From NCBI GenBank assembly GCA_013239625.1, contig MU053758.1:310001-374000 (forward strand): 64,000 nucleotides of DNA. Reading direction: 5' to 3'. The DNA comes from Lama guanicoe. Lineage: Eukaryota. The notes beneath the pieces were generated by a model. That model saw only the letters and a program-made list of their open reading frames with translations. It was not told the DNA's origin and ran no database searches. The position numbers and the translations under genes were made by a program. This document shows, one piece after another, positions 12,603-24,401 of the stretch (its first letter is position 1; each line of letters starts with the position of its first letter).

Positions 12603-12674
12603 CTGGAAACACAACATCACCCAGAGGGAGGCCCATCAATCTAACAGGAAGGAGGAGGCGAGGGAGCAGCAGGG
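12603..12674 (+). CDS. GIP: GIP coding exon 3 (end of GIP1-42, start of C-peptide)
   Basis: (D)WKHNITQ-REAHQSNRKEEAREQQ(G); accag acceptor, gtgagt donor. Confidence 0.95.
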
Positions 12675-13371
12675 GTGAGTCAGCTTATAGGGGAAGGGGT
12701 GGGGGTGGGGCCTCCTGACCCACCCCCACCACACTGTTCCGTCTCCCAGACTCCGGAGCCCTGCAATTCCCAGATAAGCATCCCCTTCTGAAACTCAGAT
12801 TTCAAAGAGGGGTCTTCACTGGACCCCTGGAGGTCAGCGCAGGCCTAAGGGAGAAGCTTGGGGGAATGGAGGCAGGGTTTTGGGGCCAGAGTTTCTAAGA
12901 CTGATGACTTAGTGTAGAGTCAAGGAGCAGGGTGCAAAAGAGACCTCAGAAACTGGCTTCTCCACTTATGCCTGCCAAACTTTGGGAAGGCTGTTTGTGG
13001 AACAGGGACCCTCTCAAGTCCAGTCCCCTCAGATCAGTTACCCCATCTCTGTAGGAAGGTGAGGAATCAATGAATAGTCCCCAGGTAATCTCTTGGGATT
13101 TTAGAATGCATTCTGGGACACTGGTAGAGTTGGATGGGTGGGCTGTCTCTCACCAGAATTGTCTTTGCTTGTGTTGAAGAGCCTCTATTCCCTGGCAGAC
13201 AGATCTGGGTGGAGCTTTGGAAGCTGAGATAACTAGAGGCAGCTGTGTTGACTCGTACCCCTCACCCCCGCCCCACCCAGTCCCACCACCTTGGAGTCCC
13301 AGGCCCTATATTTACTCTCTCTGGGTGGGGCCCAGGCTAAAACAGCCTGCCTGAGGCTTCCTCCTTTGCAG

Positions 13372-13473
13372 CTCCCTCCCCAAGAACCCCAGTGATGAAG
13401 AATTGCTAAAGGACTTACTGCTTCAAGAGCTGCTGGCCTGGATGGTGGATCAGAGGGAGCTCTGCAGGCTCAG
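13372..13473 (+). CDS. GIP: GIP coding exon 4
   Basis: SLPKNPSDEELLKDLLLQELLAWMVDQRELCRL(R); ttgcag acceptor, gtggg donor. Confidence 0.95.
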
Positions 13474-14373
13474 GTGGGAGTCTGATGGCTTTAGGGGTCT
13501 TCCATAGTGGTTGTGAGCTTGAACTTGGAGGTCACAAATGGGTTCAGATCTTCACCCCAACACATGCTGACACATTACTTAGACTCTCTGAACCTTGGGG
13601 ATTTCATGAAAATCAGGGCTATTTAAACCACTTCATGGGATGATAGGGCTTAAATAAGAGAATGCAGGGAAAGGGCTGAGAGCAACGTCTGCGGAGTTTG
13701 TATTGGTGACCAGCATTATTACCACTTGCACTTCCTCAGTCTCCTCCAGGTGAGATGTTGCTCTCACCTCCCCTGCCCACTTGAGCTGAACTGCCCAACC
13801 AGTCCTCAGCTCTCCCTCTGTACCCTTGTGCCACAGCACCTCCTCAGTGATGGAACCCTTAGAGTGAGAGGCATGTTGCCCTTCCCTGTGGCTGCTGCTG
13901 GTCTCAGTGGTCCTTGAATCCACCTCATCAACTAGGAAATCTTTCTATCTGCTTTGTCCCAGAAGCAAGGGATGGCTCAATATCATGGAGAGACCTATCC
14001 AGCTGAAGGGTGGGACAAGACACTCATTTAAGACGTAGACACTGAGGCATGGAAACCACAACATATTCAGATTTTGATGCTGGGAAGTTGAGGGGTTGAG
14101 GGAACAAATCTGGGATGGCTTCCTGTAAGAGGGTTAGAAGGAAGAGAGGAATATGACCAGAACAATGGAGAAGAGAGTATGACAAAATCTCCCTAGGAAC
14201 GTGGGTGGTGATAGTCTCTGTTCTTCTTTGAATCATTTTGATTACGTACAACTGAAAAGGTAATTTGGAGATAGGAGCAGCTGAACTATGGCTGGGTGCC
14301 AGGATAAATTTACTTTGCTGACTCCAAGCTGATACTGACCCTCCTCTCCACCACTCCTCTCCTCTTTCCACAG

Positions 14374-14383
14374 GTTTCAGTGA
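14374..14383 (+). CDS. GIP: GIP last coding exon
   Basis: ccacag|G TTT CAG TGA; long pyrimidine tract upstream and AATAAA ~110 nt downstream. Confidence 0.9.
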
Positions 14384-14599
14384 CTCTGACCGAACCCAGC
14401 TCAGGACTGGACTCTGCCCTTCCCTTACACAGCTCCCATCTCAGTTCCACTCCACGATACCCAAAAGAAGCCAAACTAAATTTAAGCTGAAATAAATCTC
14501 TGCACCCATTGTCGAAACCTATTCACTTGTCTAATAGAGCACTAACTGTATGTTTGTGTGTATGCGCACCACCCAGTGAAAAGGAGATATGGCTCTTGC

Positions 14600-15260
14600 C
14601 CATCTGTTAGTTCATCCTTTATTTCCACAAACACTTACTGGAAACTTAACACAGGCAGGGACTATGCTGAACACTGAGTACACAGCAGTGATGAAAACAG
14701 ACACAGTCCTTGTCCCCAAGGGGTTTACAGTCCAGTGGTGGAGACAGACCTCAATCTTGAAACACACAAACACATGAATAATCACATAACATGAGAAGTT
14801 ATGTGAAGAAAGACTAGAGGGCTATGAGAGAGGACAGAGAAGCCTTATGTAGATGGAGTGGGAAGTCAGGAGGGCCTCTCTGAGAAAATGATATTCAAGC
14901 TGAGTGAGATCGGAAGGATAAAATGGCCAAAGGGTGAGGGGAACCTTAATCATATTAGCCAGAGTTATTGTTCCACAGCAAAATGGGCAACGGAGACAAG
15001 AGCCCAAGTGGAGACAAGATCCCAAGTAGAGACAGAGCAGGTGGGCAGAGGCAAGGTCTCGAAGGCCATGGTAAAGCTTTGGGATTTTATTCTCAGTACA
15101 AGGGCAAGTCCTTGAAGGATTTTAAGCAGGGGCAGCTCAGAGAAGATCTATTCATGTACCCAAATAATCACACTGATGACAGTGAGAATTATATGGAGAT
15201 GAAGAGGTATGAAAGTGGAAGAGGCCCTTGCAGAATTACAGATTTCACACTAGGCAGATG
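14600..15260. mobile_element. L2 fragment
   Basis: ttcatcctttatttccacaaacacttactg...cagtccttgtccccaaggggtttacagtccagtgg motifs. Confidence 0.6.
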
Positions 15261-16139
15261 GCACTGAGGGGGAAGGGAAGTGGGCAAACTCAGTTTGTCC
15301 GAAAGTCAATATCTCTGTCTTTGGGTGTTTAAAGGCTTTTCCTCCTCAGCGTGCTGCCTTCTTCCAATGCTCTGCACCTACAGGAGGCAAACCTGTCTCT
15401 CCTTCCCCCTTAGTTTGGGTTATCTTTACCTAGACTGTCCCCTCCCCACTCCCCTTGATCTAGTCATATTTTAGCAGACCAGAGTCAACATACCTAGACG
15501 CAAATCACTCTCTAGTTCTGTGACTTGGGAAGTTAGTTCCTCTCTCTGAAGCTCAGTTTTCAGTCTGTAAAAAGATAAAAAATCCTCACAGGATTGAAGT
15601 AAGTATTAAGATAATGCCTGGTACAAGGTAAGTGGTCAATAAAAAGTTAACTTTTGTTATTATTAGTATTATTTATACACCTGAATCTCAATTTAAAGAC
15701 ACAGGGGTATTATTCCTTTAAAACCAGGGAGTGGCATGCTGGACTGGCTGAAGGGCTGGGCCAAGAACCTAAAGGAGCAAAGTGGGGAGGGTGTAAAACA
15801 ATGGTGAGGACTGGACTGTGAAAATGGACTGGACAAGACGCGCTCCCCTAAAGGCATTCTAATGACCAGATGAAACGCTCCTGAGAACCGAATTTGCCGA
15901 GGGCTGCCAGTCTGCATCTCTTCCAGCTCTAACATTTTGGGTTTCCTCTCCTCTACACCTCTAGAGTTCTAAGAGGGTGTACCACATATTTAGAGCGTGG
16001 CTTTGCTCAGAGGATATATTTTAATGATTTTCCATGATAGAACTGATTGCACTGGGAAGAAGTTCAGATCTGTATTTCTGAAGTCTTGGGTGTATCTGAG
16101 ACTCAGTGAATCAGCAAGCGTTATTTAAAAAAACTTTGA

Positions 16140-16237
16140 GAGGGGAGGGTATACCTCAGTGGTAGAGTGCATGCCTAGCATGCACAAGGTCCTAGGTTCC
16201 ATCAGCACTATCTGCATTAAATAAATAAATAAATAGA

Positions 16238-16280
<43 letters not shown>

Positions 16281-16368
16281 ATATCCTCCCCCACCAAAAA
16301 AAAAAAAAAGATAATAATTTTTTTCATCTTCAACAGCACTATCTGCATTAAATAAATAAATAAATAGA

Positions 16369-16411
<43 letters not shown>

Positions 16412-16440
16412 ATATCCTCCCCCACCAAAAAAAAAAAAGA
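16140..16440 (+). mobile_element. Vic-1-like SINE with duplicated (TAAA)n tail
   Basis: Head ggggagggtatacctcagtggtagagtgcatgcctagc; tail block occurs twice. Confidence 0.85.
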
Positions 16441-16762
16441 GAACAATTTTGTACAACCTCTCACTATGGGCCAGGCATTGTGCTCAGGACTTTCTAAACA
16501 TGTTTTTTCAACTCTTGACTTTTAAAAACTTTTTTTGGTTTTTGTTCAAATGCATAAACATTGTTAAAAAAATCATGGCGATCTCATTTAAAACCTCATC
16601 ACAATCCTTTAAGATCATGATAATCTAATAGTTGCTAACTGTGCACGACACTGCCTCCATGAGGCAGAGAATTAAAAGCCCATGCTCTTAGCCACCTTGC
16701 CACAAGGCCAGTGACTCACTAGTTACTTAAAGCAAGTGAGAGCATCTGTGATGTTCAGCATT

Positions 16763-16975
16763 CAATGGTGCTCTGAAGCAGAGTGCTCCTGAATGCCATT
16801 GTGAAATTGTCAGGAATGTTGTGAGCAGGTTGTAAAACCACTGATAGCCTGACACAATAGCTCGAAAGGCCATGGTTGGAGTATTTACACCCTGGAAATT
16901 GGCAAATGTTATAAATCAGAGCACCTCCCGCCCAGCCTGGAGAGGTGATTGTTAAACATTTACCAGCACACTACA
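16763..16975. mobile_element. hAT MITE (MER63-like)
   Basis: Terminus ttgttaaacatttaccagcacactac and internal gtatttacaccctggaaattggcaaatg. Confidence 0.55.
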
Positions 16976-18639
16976 GGTCAGTATACTTTCTCTTAAATTA
17001 TAGGGGAGAACAAATGTGTCTGAATAAGGGAATAAGCATGTCTGCTTGAAGGTGGTAACGAGGTTTATTAAGGGCCATGTGCCTCAGGGAGTTGAGCAGG
17101 TATGTGTGCATTTGAGGGATGAACAGTCAAATCTGAGGTCATGAGTGTGAGTGAGGGACAGTGTATACCTTAACGGATCATACACTAAGTCAAAGAGTGA
17201 GAAATGAAGCAGGTGTGTCTAGATGGTGTCAGTGAGTACCTACGGGACTGAGTTTTTGTGTTAGAGAGTGGTGTAGTGAGAATATGTAAATGTGAGTTCA
17301 GCATGTATGAGAGGATGTCAGATGTACGTGTTGGAGGGGACAAATCTGTGTCTGAGGAAGTAAGTTTGTGTCTAAGGGGGCTTATGTTATCTGAGTTTAG
17401 TGTCTGAGGGTATCTTTGAGAGTGAATCTGAAGGTACAATTCTGAAAGCCTGAATAACTGTTTTAGCCTTGGTCCTCACATCCAGTAACATTAGATTTTG
17501 CTTCAGAAAACAGAAAAACACAAAATAACAGTGCTAAATATCTTTAGCAAGATAGAGCACTATTTCTCTTTCTTGTAAATATCCAGAGGCAGGCAGCCCA
17601 GGGCTAGTATGACATCTCTGCTCCATGAAATCTTCAGGGTCCCCGACTCACCAGGTTCACAGCTCTATCATCTCTCAAGGCCCAAAATGACAATTAAACT
17701 ATCTCGCCACCAATATTTGCTCTTTTTATCCTTTTACCTTAAGTCTCTCTGGTAACATTATTCACATTTATGGTTTCTCCTTGATCTGTAGCCCAGCACA
17801 GCTCTTTCTGTAGAACTTCATACCAGTACATCTAAATGACAATTAACCATCTCTTCTGTGATGTCCCACAAACCTCAATTTCAACATTTTCCAAAACCAC
17901 TCTTAATTATTTCCCCAATTTCTTCCTGTGGTCTCTTCCCATCCCTGTCTTTGAATGGCACTACCTTTTTGCCCAAGCCAGGAAACTGAGCATCCTGATA
18001 ACTTTTCCCACCCATTCTGCCCTTATCTTATCAGCTTTACCATTCCACCTTCTTAATGTGTCCTGAATCAGTTGCATTCTCTCTATCCTTACTGACACTG
18101 TCTTAGTTCTGGCCCTCATCATTTCTACTTTGGATTGCTACAACTGACTTAAAATTAAGTCACCTATTTTCCTATGGCAAAAACTTGATATTATTGCTCC
18201 CTGACTCTAGAAACCTCCATTTGCTCCTTTTTTGTTAGACTCAACAATGCTATGGAAATCACCTATGGAGCTTCCTAAACACACAGATTACTAATTCCAC
18301 CCTAGATTTGATGAATAACAAACATCGCTGATATTTATTTACATGCCAGGGATCAAACTAAATGCTTTGTTGTATATTTTCTGACTTAATCCTCACAACA
18401 ACTTCATGAGTTATCACGAGGTATTACCCTTTCACAACTGTAGAAAGTGGAACACAAGAGATTAAGGAATTTGTCTTAAGTTACTGGACCATATGTCGTG
18501 GACGCGAGCTATGGAGCCAGGCAATCTAACCCCAAAGGCCAAATTCTCAACTGTAAGGCCTTCCCCAGTCAGAAGCTTTGCGTGTGATTCCTACAGGTAA
18601 GCTTCATTAGAGTGGAACGGATTCTGTTTTATGCTCAAT

Positions 18640-19200
18640 ATGGAACCCTCCGCGGCCAACTCGGCGCGTGGCACGCTGTAGACAGCCAGTGAGCAGTGGC
18701 AGACCTCCGGTCGGAGGCTGCGATGGCGGTGGGGGGACAGTCACGGAAAGCTGAGAGGGTCCGACCCGTTCACGTGGGTCTAAAGCACCGGGTCGCATCA
18801 AGTTTTGCGGACCGTTGCCGGAGTGAGAGGCGGAGCCGCCAGGCCCCTGGCAGTGGGCGATGTCACCCCGCGGCCGGAAGTCGGAGAGAAACTTCCGGCG
18901 CGCGGAGATGACGCACGGCCCGCGCTTCCGCGTTGGGGAGCCGGCGGCTGATACCGGGACGCGAAGACCCGGGGCCCCGGCAGCGGGGCGGCCTGCGGGC
19001 CAGGGCGGGGATGCACCGCCGCGGGGTGGGAGCCGGCGCTATCGCCAAGAAGAAGCTTGCCGAGGTGAGGGGAAGGAGGCGGACCCACAGCCACCCCTGA
19101 CCCGCGAGAGACAGAAGTCTTCCCGAGCACAGCCCTGTACCTTCACATCGCCTCCCAACAGAATCTGACGCGGGCTTCTCGGGTCCCGGGGAACTGAACT
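18640..19200 (+). promoter_or_regulatory. SNF8: SNF8 CpG-island promoter
   Basis: CpG-dense; ETS motifs CCGGAAGT 18874-18881 and ACTTCCGG 18891-18898; CRE-like TGACGCA ~18909. Confidence 0.85.
19011..19064 (+). CDS. SNF8: SNF8 exon 1
   Basis: MHRRGVGAGAIAKKKLAE|gtgagg. Confidence 0.97.
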
Positions 19201-19428
19201 GCTCCAGCTTCCGGTGGACTGGAATGTCAGCATCCGCAGATCCACTAGCCCTTTCCCCTACTTCCCCAAATTTGATTACAGACGAATCGTCTATCCTACT
19301 TCCTCACCCCCTCGCCCTAAGAAAACCACCTGAGAGACCCTCCTCTTTTCATACTTCTGAGGAGGCAGTACAAGTGGGAGCCCCCAGCACCCACTCTCTC
19401 AACTCATGCTGGTCTCTTTGTCTGACAG

Positions 19429-19479
19429 GCAAAGTATAAGGAGCGAGGGACTGTCTTGGCTGAGGACCAGCTGGCCCAG
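19429..19479 (+). CDS. SNF8: SNF8 exon 2
   Basis: AKYKERGTVLAEDQLAQ; acag acceptor, gtgagt donor. Confidence 0.97.
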
Positions 19480-20589
19480 GTGAGTGAGTTGGAGGGCTCC
19501 AGGCAGCATGGGAGACCCGATAAGGCTGGGAAGGACACCTTTCATATAACTTCGATTGTTTGGATCGAACTGAAAATAGGGTAGCTGGCAAATCCCCATT
19601 TCTGGGCTGCTCAGATCTTTTAGGTGATTTGCTAATAACAGTGATCGCTAACGTCTTTGATTAGGTGCTTGTGCGTCCCAGGCACATGTCCATTTTCTTT
19701 ACATACACTGTCTTGTTCATTCCTCCTGACAATTCTATCAGGAAGGAACTCTGTTCCTCCTAGTATAGAATGGAAAGCACTGAGGTGTTAAGTCCTTTAT
19801 CCAAGGTTACATGGGTAGTAAGTGGTAGAGTTGTTTGATTTGGGTCATTTGGGTTTTTACTTTAAATGCCTAAGAATAACATGTAAATACTGTCTTACCT
19901 GCGGTACCTACCGCTACCACCATCACATCTCTGTGCATACCAGAGGCGTGTGTGAGTGATGGGGGTGTGGCTTCTGCTAAGTTTCCTTCTCTAACACTTC
20001 CCTTTTCTGTACATGTCCTGTCTTTACTCAGTTATTTTGACTGGTGAAGAAGAAGAGAAGGCCGTGAGGCTAGGAAATGGGCACTTGAAAGATAGTAGAC
20101 ACAGACTGTGCTCTTAAAAAGCTCCCACTCGTAAGAGGAGATAACATGCAGGAATCAACTGGAAGTGGTGATTATAGTAATGTGTGAATTTCCCATACGT
20201 AGCAAATGAGGAGATGTTGGGCCAGGAGTGGGTTGAAAATAGGCTTTGTTAATTAGGGAAAGAGGAGTGATACAAATAGGAAGTCAGAATGTTCCCCAAA
20301 CCAAAATTATTTGGCTTTGGAATGTAATCTGGTAGACTCACACCCCTCCCTCAGAGATTCTGTATATGGGGTTTATCCCCAAGGAGGTCCATAACTCAAA
20401 GATTAAACAACCACTGCACACCTAATTCACATCAAGCTTCTTTTCTTTCCCATCTAGCCTTTCTGTCAGTGGCTGAAGACTTCCCACCCTGTGAATGCTG
20501 CATTTCCTCATTTTTAAGGCAAAATGGATTATTAGGTGCACCTTCAATTCAATAACCTTTTTTTCTGGGAAAAAAGCAGCCCTTCCAAT

Positions 20590-20850
20590 AAAATGAATAT
20601 AGCTAACACTACTGTATGTTATTTATGAAAGTTGTTAAGACAGTAAATCCTAAGAGTTCTCATCACAAGGAGAAAAATTTTTTTCTGTTTCTTTACTGTG
20701 TCTATGTGAGATGATGGATGCAAATCAAATCATTGTGCTACACACCTTAAACTTACACAGTGCTGCATGTCAGTTACATCTCAGTAATACTGGAAGAAAA
20801 TGAATAAATAAAACAAAAATTGTAAAAAAAAAAAAAGAACAAAGAAAGAA
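20590..20850 (+). mobile_element. L1 3'-end fragment in SNF8 intron 2
   Basis: Similar to the L1 3'UTR at ~2700-2950; A-rich tail; imperfect TSD aaaaaaagca. Confidence 0.75.
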
Positions 20851-21140
20851 AAAAAGCACCACAATAGATGTGCACGTTTATTGTTAGATGCATCTTGACT
20901 TCAGAACAGGAACACATAAAAGAATGTGTATCTTAGAATTAAAGAAACAATATAGCATCTCATTTCTGGTGATAGCAGAACTCTGAAGGTGAGACAGGGA
21001 TAAAAAGAGAGGGAACAGTAAACAGCATAATAGTAGGCCTGAAGGAGACAGGTTATTTCAGCCTTTGCCCTGCCACTGGCCCAGGGACCTATTATCACCT
21101 GGTTGGGTTACCCCTAACCTCCGCCTTGTTCATCCTGCAG

Positions 21141-21279
21141 ATGTCGAAGCAGTTGGACATGTTCAAGACCAACCTGGAGGAATTCGCCAGCAAGCATAAG
21201 CAGGAGATCCGGAAGAATCCCGAGTTTCGAGTGCAGTTCCAGGACATGTGTGCCACCATTGGGGTGGATCCTCTGGCCT
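21141..21279 (+). CDS. SNF8: SNF8 exon 3
   Basis: MSKQLDMFKTNLEEFASKHKQEIRKNPEFRVQFQDMCATIGVDPLA; gtaagg donor. Confidence 0.97.
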
Positions 21280-22392
21280 GTAAGGAGTTGTCTGTAGGGG
21301 TCCAGTGTTCTCCTAGGGTTTCTAAGGGACAGAAGCTCACCCAATTGTCATCATGACTTTTGGGACATCTACAAGGGCCTATAGGGAGCTCCAGAGGATG
21401 TTGCCTTTAGGGAGTACCTAGCAGGTTGGCTGAGTGCCCAGTTTGATGGGAAAGATGGAGAGGTTGGAGGGTAGGCTGAGTAGCTGGTGTAAATGATCTT
21501 CCCTGGAATGATCTGCTGTGGAATTTTTTATGGCTTTTTTTCCTCTTTGTTTAAAAAACAATTTTTAGTTTTAATAAAGGTAGTATGCGACCAGGCCGTC
21601 CATCAACAAAGGTGAAAAAAGAAAAGGAGGAAATAGAAGTCCCCTGACTCTGTCCCATAATTGCAGAGATAAAGTACTGTTAACAGTTTAAGGTATATCT
21701 TTCAAGACACCTTCATCATATTTATTAACTTTTTTTTTTACATATATGGGATTATGCTGTAATTACTACTTTATAACCTACATTTTTTACTCAATAAAAT
21801 ATCTTCAGTGGATTTTTGAATGCCAGGTCTGTGTATTCTTTCTCTTAGCCTTGTCCAGACCATATGTCCCACTATGTTTCACTGCATTCTTTGGGAAAGG
21901 AAACTCATTTTTATAGGCTCCTGAGCCAGAGCTAGCAGCTAAATAGAAATGCCTTTTAGACTGCCCACCTTTAGAACTGTCTGAACCTGTTCTTTAGTGG
22001 GAGTCACCAAGAGTCAGATTGTGTTGAGGATCCTGAGTAGTAAGTGGAGCAGAAGGACTTCAAGCTAGGTGGGAAGACTTCTCATAGGATAGATATTTTT
22101 TCTTTTAAACACTATTTAATCATTTTCTATTTATAAAATTAATTTGTTCATATCCAGTTTTGTGATTGCACACTAAATGCATCAAGATATGTGAATGACA
22201 GTTCTTTAAAATGGTGCATAATTTGATATTTTAAGCTCTAGATTTAAAAAATGTAATAATTTCTGCCTGGAATTTCTTTCTGAAGGTCACTGTTAGGTTG
22301 GACAGTATGAACTAGTAAAGATGTTTTCATCTTGCTTTGAAAGTAAAGATGTAACTAATGAATAACCTAGCTTTTGTTTTTCTGTCTTTTAG

Positions 22393-22497
22393 CTGGGAAA
22401 GGATTTTGGTCTGAGATGCTAGGCGTGGGAGACTTCTATTACGAGCTGGGTGTCCAGATTATCGAAGTGTGCCTGGCCCTGAAACACCGGAATGGAG
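22393..22497 (+). CDS. SNF8: SNF8 exon 4
   Basis: (S)[34 protein letters not shown]. Confidence 0.97.
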
Positions 22498-23114
22498 GTG
22501 AGGGTGCCTAGGTCCTGTGGACTGGGCTTTGGGCTTCTCTGAGAGGGAGAAAACCCTGAAAGGTAGCCTTTTCTGTCCTGAAATCTGCAGGCCAATAAGG
22601 TCCTGAGAAGCATCTTAGTGCTTCCTGCAGTTGAATCCATGGCCAGTCTCCATGGCCAAGGGTAAATGGAATTACCCAAATATTTACCTCTGTTCTCCAA
22701 AGATCTTTGGCCAGGAAGGTTTAGCTTGAAGTTGTTACAGAACATGTAGGGAGGTAGGGAATAGACCTTTTCCCCTGATAGATGATGTGTCTGGGTTATA
22801 ATTTTCTCATTAGTTAGTAACGGTAGGCCTGCCCTGCTTCTCCAGGATGTGGTGATGCCTACTGAACCTCTGTGTTCCCCAAAATGTGACCTTCAAAATG
22901 GTCATCCAGTGGTGTCATCTTAAGTAAGCACATTGAACGGTCTGTATTGAAGTTAATAAAACTTAAAACCAGTTATAAATCATTGGTTATAGACACAGCC
23001 TTGGTATCAAGAGAGCATTTATAGTTTTTTTAGAAATGATGTTGCCTTCGTGTTGTTTTTTTTTTAGCCATAAAGGTAATCCTTCAACTGCTTTCTGTGC
23101 CCCCTCTCCAATAG

Positions 23115-23187
23115 GTCTGATAACTCTGGAGGAACTACATCAACAGGTGCTGAAAGGGAGGGGCAAATTCGCCCAGGATGTCAGCCA
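23115..23187 (+). CDS. SNF8: SNF8 exon 5
   Basis: (G)LITLEELHQQVLKGRGKFAQDVS. Confidence 0.97.
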
Positions 23188-23498
23188 GTAGGTCTTGCCT
23201 TCCAACCCCTTGGAGTCTAGAAAGGTCTTTAAAAATCAAATGGAAATCTTTTCTCCTTACTGCTTGTACATCTAGGCTGGTTTAGGAATCATTTTTATTC
23301 CTCTTTATGATCATTAAAAATGTTATTTTAGAAAACTGAAAATAGGGAGATATTTAAAAAAAGATCCACTTATTATTTCTCAACTCAGAGATTACAACAT
23401 TTTGGTAGATTTCCATCTAAGGATATTTTTCATGCATAAATATATATATATATTTTTTTTTAACATACTTGGGGCTGTGTATAATCTTAATACCATTT

Positions 23499-23613
23499 GT
23501 CTGTCTTTTTTTGGTTTATTTATTTATTTAATTTTAGAGGAGGTACTGGGGATTGAACCCAGGACCTCATGCAAGCTAAGCATGTGCTTTAGCACTTGAG
23601 CTATATCCTCCCC
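23499..23613 (-). mobile_element. Vic-1-like SINE in SNF8 intron 5
   Basis: Reverse A/B boxes; imperfect TSD taatcttaataccattt / taatcttgacactgttt. Confidence 0.85.
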
Positions 23614-24259
23614 TAATCTTGACACTGTTTGAGGTTAAGGAGATTAGGGCAGGCACTGAGAAAGGCTGAGGGAGGGAGTTGGGCTTTGAAGATGGGGTGT
23701 AAATTGACCCGGTTCACCAGCGTTTATGTGTGATTCCACTTTGAGAAAAGGTAAAAAAGGCTATTAGTATGTGGGCTGGATGTGTGATCTCCACATTTTA
23801 TGGGTTTTCTTCTTCCCTAATTTCAGTTAGTTGTCAACTAAGAAATCAGAAAATCTGGCACTACTGGGCCTGAATTTCCACAAGGCAATAATCAGCTGGG
23901 TTACCCCCTTTCAAATGGATAAACATTCTCTATTTTACCGTAGTTCTTACTACTGCCTCTTGTCTCTTAAGTTCAGCTCATTCATTCACATTTCGTGATG
24001 GCTTCCTGTAAGCATATTTTTTTACCTCTGTCTTGTGTTGGAATGGTTTGCAGAGTGGAGGGCCTGACTCTTACACTATCTTCCTTGAATGTTCAAGCAC
24101 CATTTGGTGCACTTTAACCCCGCCTTTTTACTGATGCAGTTAAATGTTGTGCAGCCTTTTGAGTCTTCCATCAGGGTGTCCTGCCCAGAGAAAGCTGAAA
24201 CTGCATTGTTGCTAGGTCTGGTCTGCCTTGGGTCTTTAAGCAGCTCTTCCTCACTTCAG

Positions 24260-24401
24260 AGACGACCTGATCAGGGCCATCAAGAAACTAAAAGCACTTG
24301 GCACTGGCTTCGGCATCATCCCTGTGGGCGGCACTTACCTCATTCAGTCTGTTCCAGCTGAGCTCAATATGGATCACACTGTGGTGCTGCAGCTGGCAGA
24401 G
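24260..24401 (+). CDS. SNF8: SNF8 exon 6
   Basis: (Q)DDLIRAIKKLKALGTGFGIIPVGGTYLIQSVPAELNMDHTVVLQLAE. Confidence 0.97.

Larger units (their letters stand above)
9780..14515 (+). other. GIP: GIP gene span (6 exons; non-coding exon 1 ~9780-9861; CDS 10704-14383, 417 nt = 138 aa prepro-GIP)
   Basis: TATAAA at 9752-9757, exon-1 donor GTAAGA at 9862, five coding exons joining in frame, AATAAA at 14491-14496. Transcript ends are approximate. Confidence 0.95.

Noticed and set aside
14992..15037. 18-bp tandem repeat ggagacaaga(g/t)cccaagt
   Set aside because: Only about 2.5 copies inside an L2 remnant with no spacers; a local slippage duplication, not CRISPR-like.
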